Source of the DNA: a virus
Lineage: Duplodnaviria; Caudoviricetes
DNA: 26,707 nucleotides
Direction: 5' to 3' (one strand)
Virus record (IMG/VR): IMGVR_UViG_3300033516_000235
Coordinates: 1-26,707 of that record
Program-made: the position numbers and the translations under genes
Notes under the pieces: generated by a model
Databases searched by the model: none
What the model was told of the DNA's origin: nothing
The model's input: only the letters and a program-made list of their open reading frames with translations
Part shown: in pieces, positions 16,880-24,087 of the stretch
How positions within the stretch are numbered: position 1 is the first letter of the stretch
Layout of the letters: every line of letters starts with the position of its first letter

Positions 16880-17707
16880 TTAGAAAATTGGGGTTGTAAC
16901 AACGTCGCGGATTGCGCCCTCAAGGGCCGTGTTCAGGCTCATTGCGGTACAGGTGAGCGTGCCGTTGATCAGATAAACCGGCGCCGAGTAGCGCTCGAAC
17001 TCTTCGGCGTCTTGCTGGCTCAGGTTGGGGTTCATCATTCCGGCGTCGTTGAATATCGCCAGGTTGCCAATGACGATTCGCTTGATCGCCTTGCGCAGCG
17101 CGATGCGCTCGTCCGGATTCAGGGAGTAACCAACGATTCCGATATTCCAGTGCGACAGCCAGCCTTCGGACGACTCCCACCCCAAGGAACCCTCGTCGAA
17201 CACGTCTTCGGTCATGGTTTCGCCAATGGCGCGGTCGCCTGACGAATCCACGTTCACGTGGACGGTGACTATCGGCCAGGCGGTGTTCTCGAAAAGGGGC
17301 GGTGCAGTCAGCACCTGGATGCGGCCGTTCTTGTTGTTCAGCTTTCCGCGCGCGACTTCGACCTGGAGGCCAAGGTCGACGCGTTCTCGGACAATCGACA
17401 GAACGTCGACAGAGCCGTCGTCATCGATGGCCGCTGGCGTGATTGAGCGTGAGGAATCGGATAGCCAAGCCTTTGCGACCAGCGAATAGAGCCTGTAGAA
17501 ATAGGTCGTTCCGTTGATCAGTCCGGACCAATCCAGAACCGCTTTTGTTGGCTCGCCGTCATAGACGACAACGGCGCCGACATCATTCCAGCCGGCAAAG
17601 GTGTCTGCCGTCTTGCGCAGCAGAACGCAGCGCGTCGCGCCGGTCGGCGGATTCAAAATCAGCCGAGTAGCGTTGCCGGTCGGTAGCGGTTGAGCCATAA
17701 CTATCAT
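16880..17707 (-). CDS. Tail terminator / neck-like protein with an N-terminal FN3-like segment
   Basis: N-terminal D.SGL.NGTTYFYRLY is FN3-like; WP.VTV and acidic C-terminal region; position before the sheath. Confidence 0.55.
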   Translation of the reverse strand: MIVMAQPLPTGNATRLILNPPTGATRCVLLRKTADTFAGWNDVGAVVVYDGEPTKAVLDWSGLINGTTYFYRLYSLVAKAWLSDSSRSITPAAIDDDGSVDVLSIVRERVDLGLQVEVARGKLNNKNGRIQVLTAPPLFENTAWPIVTVHVNVDSSGDRAIGETMTEDVFDEGSLGWESSEGWLSHWNIGIVGYSLNPDERIALRKAIKRIVIGNLAIFNDAGMMNPNLSQQDAEEFERYSAPVYLINGTLTCTAMSLNTALEGAIRDVVTTPIF

Positions 17708-17729
17708 GCGTCGATACTGGCGTCACGAC
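17707..17729 (-). promoter_or_regulatory. Putative late promoter GTCGTGAC-GC-CAGTAT-CGACGC-ATG (leaderless)
   Basis: Motif copy; predicted +1 is the A of ATG 17707. Confidence 0.8.
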
Positions 17730-17732
17730 CGG

Positions 17733-17755
17733 GGCGTGACACTAGACTGGCGCAA
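17733..17755 (+). promoter_or_regulatory. Putative late promoter, plus-strand variant GGCGTGAC-AC-TAGACT-GGCGCA-A
   Basis: 7/8 match to the box with identical spacing, back-to-back (3 bp) with the minus-strand copy, upstream of the inverted gene. Confidence 0.75.
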
Positions 17756-17765
17756 AGGGGGCTCT

Positions 17766-18536
17766 ATGGCCGATTACTCTGTCACGCTGGATTTCAGCAA
17801 CGAAACGCTTGGCATGGCTCAGATCAACAAGATGCTGGCCGCCAGAATTCACGGTGCCATTGGCGTTGCCGCGCAGAATGTCTATGCGCTATGGGCTGAT
17901 CGGGTAATGAAGGCGCCGGGGATATGGCATCCTGAACGGGTCGCCTATGTCCAATCGCTGAAGTGGAACTACACCGGGGATCTGTCGGCACGCGTATGGA
18001 CCGACTACAAGGTCGCCGACGAAATTGAAACCGGACGGCCGTCGCGCGACCTCAAGCGTATGCTGCAGACCAGCAACAAGACGCGGCAAGGGAAAAACGG
18101 GAAGTATCTGATCATCCCATTCAGGCACAACGTTCCAAGCGGAGACGGCCACTCGAGCAACGCAAGGCAGATGCCCCCAGAGATTTATGCCATGGCTCGA
18201 AAGCTCCCGGTATCAATGACTACGGGAAAGACAACCCGCGTGTCGGCAACCGGCGCCACCGTGCCGCAGAGCACCTACAAATGGGGCGGTCGCCTTCCGG
18301 CGGGCCTGGCGCCAAAGCTCAACCCGTCGCACGCCAGCGATCCGTATGCTGGCATGGTGAAGATGCGCGAGAAAGGCAGCAGCAAGGCGTCCGGATACTT
18401 GACGTTCCGTGTCATGACGGAAAGGTCGCCGGGCTGGATCATCCCGGCAAAGCCCGGCCAGTTCATCGCTCGCGACGTGGCGAAAGAGGCGCAGCCCGAT
18501 GTCGAAGCGATTATTGCCGGGTCGATGGAAGGGTGA
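17766..18536 (+). CDS. Neck / tail-completion-like virion morphogenesis protein, inverted (start revised to ATG 17766)
   Basis: IETG....DLK..L, GKNGKYLIIPFRH, Y.GMVK, YLTFRVM...S.GWIIP match motifs recalled from myovirus neck-region genes; AGGGGG RBS before 17766. Confidence 0.65.
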   Translation: MADYSVTLDFSNETLGMAQINKMLAARIHGAIGVAAQNVYALWADRVMKAPGIWHPERVAYVQSLKWNYTGDLSARVWTDYKVADEIETGRPSRDLKRMLQTSNKTRQGKNGKYLIIPFRHNVPSGDGHSSNARQMPPEIYAMARKLPVSMTTGKTTRVSATGATVPQSTYKWGGRLPAGLAPKLNPSHASDPYAGMVKMREKGSSKASGYLTFRVMTERSPGWIIPAKPGQFIARDVAKEAQPDVEAIIAGSMEG

Positions 18537-19172
18537 CTACTTGCCGAACAGGTCGAATTTGCGAAGCGCTACCCGTTTCGGCAGCGCTGCGCCTTGGTGC
18601 TCGTTGCGGTCACTTGGCAGGCTGGAGTAGACGTAATACTCGTCGAACTTGATCCCCGTGATCGAATACTGAACACCAGCATCTGGCTCGCCGCTCGCCC
18701 AGGTCAGCGCGCCACCTTCGCCAACGGTCGGAATGCCCCCATCGACAATGCCGGTCTTCGCCGCGTTGCGCCAAAACACGCGCGTCACCGACTGCACGGG
18801 AATATCCAGTAAGCGATCATTGTCGCCCCGGGTAAGCACCCGCGAGAACACGTCGGTACTGTTGAGCAGGGTGATTCGGTCGAACTTCCCCATGTTGTAG
18901 CACGCGGCACTGTTCGGTACCGTCAAGGTCAGATCGCCTTGCTCCATCGCGCCGAAGTCTTGAAACTGCGAATCGACCCCTTGCCGCGTGACGCCGGCGA
19001 CGCTTTCAACTGGAGCGTTCCACATCCGCCCCTTGCCGTGGCATAGCGTGCAAGACGTGTCGGCCGCACCAGAGAATTCAATCACGCACGGGCACATGAA
19101 GGACTGGCGCCAGAGCAGGCGCTGTCCGACGTGCTTCAGGTGGCGATTGAACGCGGCCGGATCCAGTTTCAC
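18537..19172 (-). CDS. Head-closure / neck protein with Cys cluster (CPC...C..C.GKG)
   Basis: G..LLW..S..CPC......D..C..CHGKG and FDRITL resemble SPO1/Twort-like neck proteins (recalled). Confidence 0.65.
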   Translation of the reverse strand: MKLDPAAFNRHLKHVGQRLLWRQSFMCPCVIEFSGAADTSCTLCHGKGRMWNAPVESVAGVTRQGVDSQFQDFGAMEQGDLTLTVPNSAACYNMGKFDRITLLNSTDVFSRVLTRGDNDRLLDIPVQSVTRVFWRNAAKTGIVDGGIPTVGEGGALTWASGEPDAGVQYSITGIKFDEYYVYSSLPSDRNEHQGAALPKRVALRKFDLFGK

Positions 19173-19696
19173 CGGCTGTACCCTGGCTGCGCCTCAATCT
19201 CGCCTTGCAGTTGGTTCAATCGAAGCTGAACCATGGCTGCGTCTTTCGCTAATCCTTGGCAGGCTTCTTCTTCCGCTGCAGGTTCTCCGGCAACAGGTAT
19301 TGCGCTTCCCCCGGCTCCATCGACTGCGCCGATGGTCGGAAGGCGGATGCCGGTACAGGCGGGCACGTTGCGCTGCACCCGGCCACACTTGCCAGTAGCC
19401 ACGCAACGACGATAAACATCGCCAGCTTCGATAGAGTCTGCAAGTTGTCGGCTTGCGCTTGCATACGCCGCACTCGCCTTGTCGCGCTGTAGGTCTGCTG
19501 CATCTTTTGCCTCCTGAATAAGTTTGACTTGCGTCTGTTTGTACTGCGTGAACTCCTGTTCAGCGTGCGTCAGGCGCAACCCCTGGACAAACCAAGCGGC
19601 GCCGCCGCCTGACGCCGCGCCAAAGCCGAAGACAGCCAAGGCAGCCCACAGCAACACCAGCGGATTGCCGGTGATAATCTTCAACAGCCAGTTCAT
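19169..19696 (-). CDS. Inner-membrane spanin (Rz-like); start revised to ATG 19696
   Basis: N-terminal transmembrane segment followed by a coiled-coil; directly after the endolysin (ATGA overlap, GGGAG RBS); contains an embedded lipoprotein ORF. Confidence 0.75.
   Translation of the reverse strand: MNWLLKIITGNPLVLLWAALAVFGFGAASGGGAAWFVQGLRLTHAEQEFTQYKQTQVKLIQEAKDAADLQRDKASAAYASASRQLADSIEAGDVYRRCVATGKCGRVQRNVPACTGIRLPTIGAVDGAGGSAIPVAGEPAAEEEACQGLAKDAAMVQLRLNQLQGEIEAQPGYSR
19249..19443 (-). CDS. Embedded outer-membrane spanin lipoprotein (Rz1-like); start uncertain (TTG 19443 or ATG 19419)
   Basis: Alternate-frame ORF KLAMFIVVAWLLASVAG-C (lipobox) followed by a Pro-rich segment, nested in the Rz-like gene. 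Confidence 0.7.
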   Translation of the reverse strand: MQTLSKLAMFIVVAWLLASVAGCSATCPPVPASAFRPSAQSMEPGEAQYLLPENLQRKKKPAKD

Positions 19697-20211
19697 TGGC
19701 CTACTCCCATGCACATTTTGAAAACGCGTTCGCGATCCTTCGGGATTCCGCCACAGAAATGCTTGTTTTGCGGAAGCGTGCAGTCGCGCCCTTGGACGTA
19801 CTTGTATTGCTTGATCACTGCGCAGCCGCCCGCGTAGTCGCCGGTCCTGAATTTCCTGACAATGCCGGACTTGCAGACGGTTGCCGTGCCCATGTTGTAG
19901 GCCAGGTCGACAAGCGAGTCATACTCGTGCTGGTACATCACGATGCCGCCGGCGCACGCCTTTATTCCAGCCTCGTATTTGCTCTTCACGTCGCGCTGCG
20001 CGAGCTCGCGCGCTGCGGTCCTAGTGATCGTGTCGCCCATCTGCACCGGCGAGCCATCCGGCCGGAATGTGCTTCCGTAGCCATAGGTCGGCCGATCTTC
20101 TGGAACCGGGATCATCGCAGCCGGTTCAAACCCCTCGCGCGTCAGGATGCCGGCAAAGGCCACGGCCGAAATCGCGAGTGTCGCCGCTGCTTTGCGGATA
20201 TTAGGATCCAT
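19693..20211 (-). CDS. Endolysin, GH24 lysozyme family, probable SAR endolysin
   Basis: Weakly hydrophobic Ala-rich N-terminus (RKAAATLAISAVAFAGIL) followed by EG...D.PT.GYGST, Q.EYD.LV.LAYN.G, C.S...K, G....R.. Confidence 0.88.
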   Translation of the reverse strand: MDPNIRKAAATLAISAVAFAGILTREGFEPAAMIPVPEDRPTYGYGSTFRPDGSPVQMGDTITRTAARELAQRDVKSKYEAGIKACAGGIVMYQHEYDSLVDLAYNMGTATVCKSGIVRKFRTGDYAGGCAVIKQYKYVQGRDCTLPQNKHFCGGIPKDRERVFKMCMGVGQ

Positions 20212-20416
20212 TGGTCATCCTCGGCTGCGCCACGATGCGCGAGACGGTTGCGCCGATGGCCACGACGAATGACAGGCCTGCAAATATCCCTCGAGGAAGG
20301 TTATCGCCGAGCAACGGCAGCACAACCTCGGCGCCGGAGAATGCAGCAGCAATCAGCGCCAGCCTGATGCTCCAGGCTTTTCTGAAAATGGTCTTCCAGT
20401 CATTGACGAGCCCCAT
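20201..20416 (-). CDS. Holin (two transmembrane segments)
   Basis: 71 aa; WK...RKAWSIRL, two hydrophobic stretches, R.VAQP; immediately upstream of the endolysin. Confidence 0.75.
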   Translation of the reverse strand: MGLVNDWKTIFRKAWSIRLALIAAAFSGAEVVLPLLGDNLPRGIFAGLSFVVAIGATVSRIVAQPRMTNGS

Positions 20417-21181
20417 CTACATCACCATGCATCGGATACCTTGCAGGGAGTCCCGCAAGGTGTTGAGCATTGAGTCGACGCCGGCAGAGAACTTATCCAC
20501 ATCGGCCGAGAAGGACTGGCTCAGGCCATCGGCTGAGATTGAGCCCGACTGCGGGACAAACGCATCGTTGATGATGCGCAGCACGGACATTTTCTTGATC
20601 AGGTCGATCAGGTCCGGATAGTCGCGCGCCGCGTTCGTCATGCCGGCGAGGTATCGAATCTTGATCATTTGCGGAATCGTCCGGCCGCCAGCCATCATCG
20701 ACATGATCATTGCCGAGAACGCGCCGACCGCCATCGTTCCGCCGGCCGGGACGAATTGGATATGCCCGGCCTTCTTGTCGACGCGCATCCATGATGCGGG
20801 AATGTGCAGCGTGCTGGCCGCCGGCGCCGGATAGACGAATTCCATCGAGACGACCTTGGATATCAGCTTGTTGCGCAAGACCAGATAGCCCCAATCCTCG
20901 GTGTTCCACAGTTCGGGCTCATAGTCGTAGGCGGCCTCTTCGACCCATGGCGCATCGCCGACAGCTACTATCTCCGCATCGCTTGGCTCGCCGGCAAAGA
21001 CCGTCGTCGGCTCGAAGAACACGCGCAGGCGCCGCGCTGCGTCCGCTTCGGCGGCCAGCAGCTTGCTGTAGACGTAGTCGTCATCCAGGTCGGTCGCCGT
21101 GAAATACGATCCGCCGGCCACGATCAGTCGATTCGAGCGAAGCTCCGCGACGATCTTCTCTTTGTCGGCAAAGAGGGTCAC
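20417..21181 (-). CDS. Head-tail adaptor / neck protein
   Basis: AE....R.L.VF..PT, YDY, L...I..V, P..I.I.Y.AG, S.S.DGLSQS motifs; first gene after the capsid operon. Confidence 0.7.
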   Translation of the reverse strand: MTLFADKEKIVAELRSNRLIVAGGSYFTATDLDDDYVYSKLLAAEADAARRLRVFFEPTTVFAGEPSDAEIVAVGDAPWVEEAAYDYEPELWNTEDWGYLVLRNKLISKVVSMEFVYPAPAASTLHIPASWMRVDKKAGHIQFVPAGGTMAVGAFSAMIMSMMAGGRTIPQMIKIRYLAGMTNAARDYPDLIDLIKKMSVLRIINDAFVPQSGSISADGLSQSFSADVDKFSAGVDSMLNTLRDSLQGIRCMVM

Positions 21182-21206
21182 TGGCGCATGTCCTTGAAAG
21201 AGTTCA

Positions 21207-21229
21207 TGGGGTCATCGTGCCGTCACGAC
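21207..21229 (-). promoter_or_regulatory. Putative late promoter GTCGTGAC-GG-CACGAT-GACCCC-ATG
   Basis: Motif copy directly after the capsid-operon terminator. Confidence 0.8.
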
Positions 21230-21236
21230 CGACAGC

Positions 21237-21262
21237 AAAAAGCCCGGAGTGACCCGGGCTTT
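21237..21262 (-). terminator. Intrinsic terminator of the head operon
   Basis: Minus strand AAAGCCCGG-GTCACT-CCGGGCTTTTT. Confidence 0.85.
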
Positions 21263-21291
21263 CTGGTGGTTACGCGGCCGGTTGCCTGGTA

Positions 21292-21558
21292 TCAGGCGGC
21301 TGGCGCTTCCTTTTTGCCTTTGCCGGTTTTGCTGGCAGCGAGCGCTTCGTCCGTTTTGCCGGCATCGGATTCTTCGCCGGGTTTTCCGGCAGCGAGCGCT
21401 TCGCCGTCATCCTCGACCGTGTAGCCGGGAATGTCTTCAAACTGGCTGGCCTCGTCTTTCGAGAGCCCTTCGGCGACGACGCTTTGATCATCCTGGCGAA
21501 CGAAGTCGATGCCGTTGATGTTCTCGGTCACATGGGGCAATGTGCAGGTCACTTTCAT
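21292..21558 (-). CDS. Small acidic protein downstream of the capsid (start revised to ATG 21558)
   Basis: AAGGA RBS overlapping the upstream stop; structured N-terminus (INGIDF...F..IPGY) and low-complexity tail. Confidence 0.7.
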   Translation of the reverse strand: MKVTCTLPHVTENINGIDFVRQDDQSVVAEGLSKDEASQFEDIPGYTVEDDGEALAAGKPGEESDAGKTDEALAASKTGKGKKEAPAA

Positions 21559-21568
21559 GATTCTGTCC

Positions 21569-21808
21569 TTATCGGTTTTCGATGGTGACGACTTGCGCCG
21601 CACCGCCGAGGGTTGAAGCGTGATCGACGGCCGCGCCGTGATTGGCGTCGAGCTTGGCGAGCAGCGCGTTGAACTTGGTTGCCAGCGCGTTGAACTTGGT
21701 TGCCAGCGCGTTGTTTGCGGCGATCAAGTCGAAAACGATGTCGCCGAGTTTGGCGGCCGCGTGCGCCGGCATGGCGCCATTGAGAACCTTTTGTCTATCC
21801 AGACCCAT
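21569..21808 (-). CDS. Small coiled-coil head-associated protein (decoration or head-fibre-like); start revised to ATG 21808
   Basis: AAGGAG RBS; heptads NALATKF-NALATKF-NALLAKL; follows the capsid gene. Confidence 0.65.
   Translation of the reverse strand: MGLDRQKVLNGAMPAHAAAKLGDIVFDLIAANNALATKFNALATKFNALLAKLDANHGAAVDHASTLGGAAQVVTIENR
21662..21713. repeat. 21-bp tandem repeat, about 2.5 copies (CAGCGCGTTGAACTTGGTTGC)
   Basis: Exact copies at 21662-21682 and 21683-21703, partial copy at 21704-21713. Confidence 0.95.
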
Positions 21809-21822
21809 CTTTATCTCCTTGG

Positions 21823-21848
21823 AAAAACGACGACCCCGAAGGGCCGCC
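21823..21848 (-). terminator. Terminator or attenuator hairpin after the major capsid gene
   Basis: Minus strand GGCGGCCC-TTCG-GGGTCGTC-GTTTTT, with a cUUCGg tetraloop and G-U pairs. Confidence 0.8.
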
Positions 21849-21867
21849 ATTCGTCAAACGTCGCCTA

Positions 21868-23367
21868 TCAGGCGTGCGGCTTCCACGCGGCGTTGGCCGG
21901 GAGGATGTTCTTGATGTAGCCGTGGTGCTTCGGCTTCGTCACGCGCAGGTAGCCGAACAGGAACTGGAACCAGCTATTGACCGGGACGCCGCCGATACCG
22001 AAGGGCAGCGGGATCTTGGTCATGGGCTGGAACTGGCGCCAACCGATTGCGTCGGCAGACGGGTTCATGTTCAAGCAAGGCACTTGAACGGTGCCGGGAA
22101 TGTCGAGGTTGAAGTCGACATAGGTGCCCGCCTTGGCGATCACCTTGACCAGACGGAAGTCAGCAGCAACCGCGCCGGCGCCATTCTGCTTCGAGCGGTA
22201 GATCGCGTAGCCCGACTCGGCACCTCCAGCAGACGGCGTGATCGTGATCGTCACCTTGTTGCCCGAGCCGACAGCAGCCGTTCCGGAAATGGTGATCGCC
22301 GAATTGCCTTCACCGTTCGGCCCGATACCGGCGACGGCGTAGATGTAGTTGCCGGCGCGCGCGGTGTTGAACTGGCTCGTCGCGGTGGCGTCGGCAGCCG
22401 CAGCGACCGCGACCGTAGCCGGCTTGAAGGCCGCATTGGCGACGGCGACGGTCGGCCAGGTGACTTCGGTCGGCTTCGCCATCGGGAAATCGCCGTGGTG
22501 AAGGAACGTGTCGATGTTGGTCTTGAGGATGCCTTCGGTAAGGCGAATGCCTTCAACGTGGCCGCCGATGGTCAGCGTCGTGTTTTGCTGGCTGCTCCAA
22601 CGGAATGAAGGGTCAAGACCCATATTCAGGTCGGTTTGAACGGCAGTCGGCAGGAAGGTTTCGGTGATGCGGCCCCAATTGCCGTAATCCTGAATGGCCG
22701 CCTGCAGACGGGTGAAAGGATCCACCGAAGTCATGGCCGAGCCGTTCATGTTGATGACGTGATCTGACCCGCACTTGCCGGCGGCGATGGCGGCGTCGAT
22801 CTGGGTGAAGATACCGTCGAACTGCGTCGGCGAAGCAGCGGCATTGCCGTTGAACAGCAGGTACTCGGCATCGGTCAGGAGTTGCAGGGCGCCGTTGCGC
22901 TCTTCGACCGCCATCGGCTCGGCCATGTTCTTGCCGAGGTTCAGCACGTAGCCGACTTGACGCATCGTCATCAGGAACTTGACCAGGCCGATTTCACGGC
23001 TGTATTCGCCCTGAGCCGCGCGAACGGTACCCATTTGCGAGTTGGTCGATCCACCGAGAACGCCGCCGATGCTGTTCTGACGGGTGTATTCATCAACGAT
23101 GTTGGTCGCCGACGACTGGTGCAGCTTCTTGAACAGAACGAAGTGCTCTTCTTCCTGCACGACCGTCTTCATCGCGGTATCGAGCGACTGTTGGCCCAGC
23201 GCGCCGCCACCGGTCAGCGTCGCCGTGTCGGTTTGGTAGGCGCTCGCGGTCAGCGCCTTCTGCAGTTCGCCGACTTCCGCCAGCGCCCCGCCTTGCGAGC
23301 CGCCCAACACCGCAGCGCCGCCGGCCGCTACGCCAGCGAATTGCGCCATGAGTTCTTGAGGATTCAT
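21868..23367 (-). CDS. Major capsid protein (499 aa; start revised to ATG 23367)
   Basis: AGGAG RBS; KAL....Y.TD......GAL..QSLD, F.LFK.L....A...V.EY, KFL...RQV, E..LF.G, FDG resemble SPO1/Twort-like capsids (recalled); follows protease and scaffold. Confidence 0.9.
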   Translation of the reverse strand: MNPQELMAQFAGVAAGGAAVLGGSQGGALAEVGELQKALTASAYQTDTATLTGGGALGQQSLDTAMKTVVQEEEHFVLFKKLHQSSATNIVDEYTRQNSIGGVLGGSTNSQMGTVRAAQGEYSREIGLVKFLMTMRQVGYVLNLGKNMAEPMAVEERNGALQLLTDAEYLLFNGNAAASPTQFDGIFTQIDAAIAAGKCGSDHVINMNGSAMTSVDPFTRLQAAIQDYGNWGRITETFLPTAVQTDLNMGLDPSFRWSSQQNTTLTIGGHVEGIRLTEGILKTNIDTFLHHGDFPMAKPTEVTWPTVAVANAAFKPATVAVAAAADATATSQFNTARAGNYIYAVAGIGPNGEGNSAITISGTAAVGSGNKVTITITPSAGGAESGYAIYRSKQNGAGAVAADFRLVKVIAKAGTYVDFNLDIPGTVQVPCLNMNPSADAIGWRQFQPMTKIPLPFGIGGVPVNSWFQFLFGYLRVTKPKHHGYIKNILPANAAWKPHA

Positions 23368-23404
23368 TTTGTAAGTCTCCTGAGTTTTGAAATTTTGAAA
23401 CGGG

Positions 23405-24076
23405 TTAGCCGGCCATGATCTTGCTGACGATGGCCTGGTCGATTTCCGCGCCGTGGCGCAGGGCCACATCGCAAATCGTCAAATCTTTTCCGCTGATGCG
23501 ACCGGAGTCGTAGGCGGCATTGGCCTTCTGCATGAAGCTGGTGGCGTTCAGCGGGGCGTTGTCCTGCAGGCTCTTCACCATGTCGAGCGACGGCGACACC
23601 ACGGACTTGCGGCCGGAGCCTGAATTCGCCAGCACAGCGTAGTTTTCCTGCAGCGACTTGATCATGGTGCTTTGGCGCGTGACCACGCCGACCAGGATTT
23701 CGAGCGACTTGGTAAGGTCGGACTTTTCGGCCTTGTCGTCCTCGACGCCTTTCGCCAGGTCGTCGATGCGACCGGTCAGCGATTTGATCAGGTCGGTGGC
23801 ATCAACGGCCTCGAAGGGCTCGCCTTTGTCCGTGGTCCCGGAGAACGACTTGGTAAGCGGCCCAACTTCGGCAGCCGCCTTGCCTTCGCCTTCGCCCTGG
23901 CCTTCGCCGTCATCGGCCTTCTTGGCGGTAGGCTTGCCGTCCGCGTCGAGCTCGTCGTCGCCCTTGTCGGCAGCGCCATCGGCGGCAGCCGCCTTGATTT
24001 TTTCAGCATCCTCGTCGGCTGCTGCATAGCTCTTTTGCAGCGTCTCAAGGTCGTCCAGCAGTTTTTCGTAGCTCAA
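23405..24076 (-). CDS. Scaffolding protein (TTG start)
   Basis: Acidic, low-complexity and coiled-coil, between protease and capsid; AAGGAG RBS; repeated L/M-x-K-S motifs. Confidence 0.75.
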   Translation of the reverse strand: MSYEKLLDDLETLQKSYAAADEDAEKIKAAAADGAADKGDDELDADGKPTAKKADDGEGQGEGEGKAAAEVGPLTKSFSGTTDKGEPFEAVDATDLIKSLTGRIDDLAKGVEDDKAEKSDLTKSLEILVGVVTRQSTMIKSLQENYAVLANSGSGRKSVVSPSLDMVKSLQDNAPLNATSFMQKANAAYDSGRISGKDLTICDVALRHGAEIDQAIVSKIMAG

Positions 24077-24087
24077 TTGTTGCTCCT

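Noticed and set aside
19194-19406. 70-aa alternate-frame ORF as the o-spanin
   Set aside because: It has no hydrophobic signal or lipobox; the frame ending at 19249 has both.
23368-23469. Longer ORF-track starts for capsid and for 2822..3337, 17706..18536, 21569..21850, 21292..21603, 14472..14834, 19169..19714
   Set aside because: The extensions overlap neighbouring genes, terminators or promoter boxes, and downstream ATGs have a better RBS or coupling.
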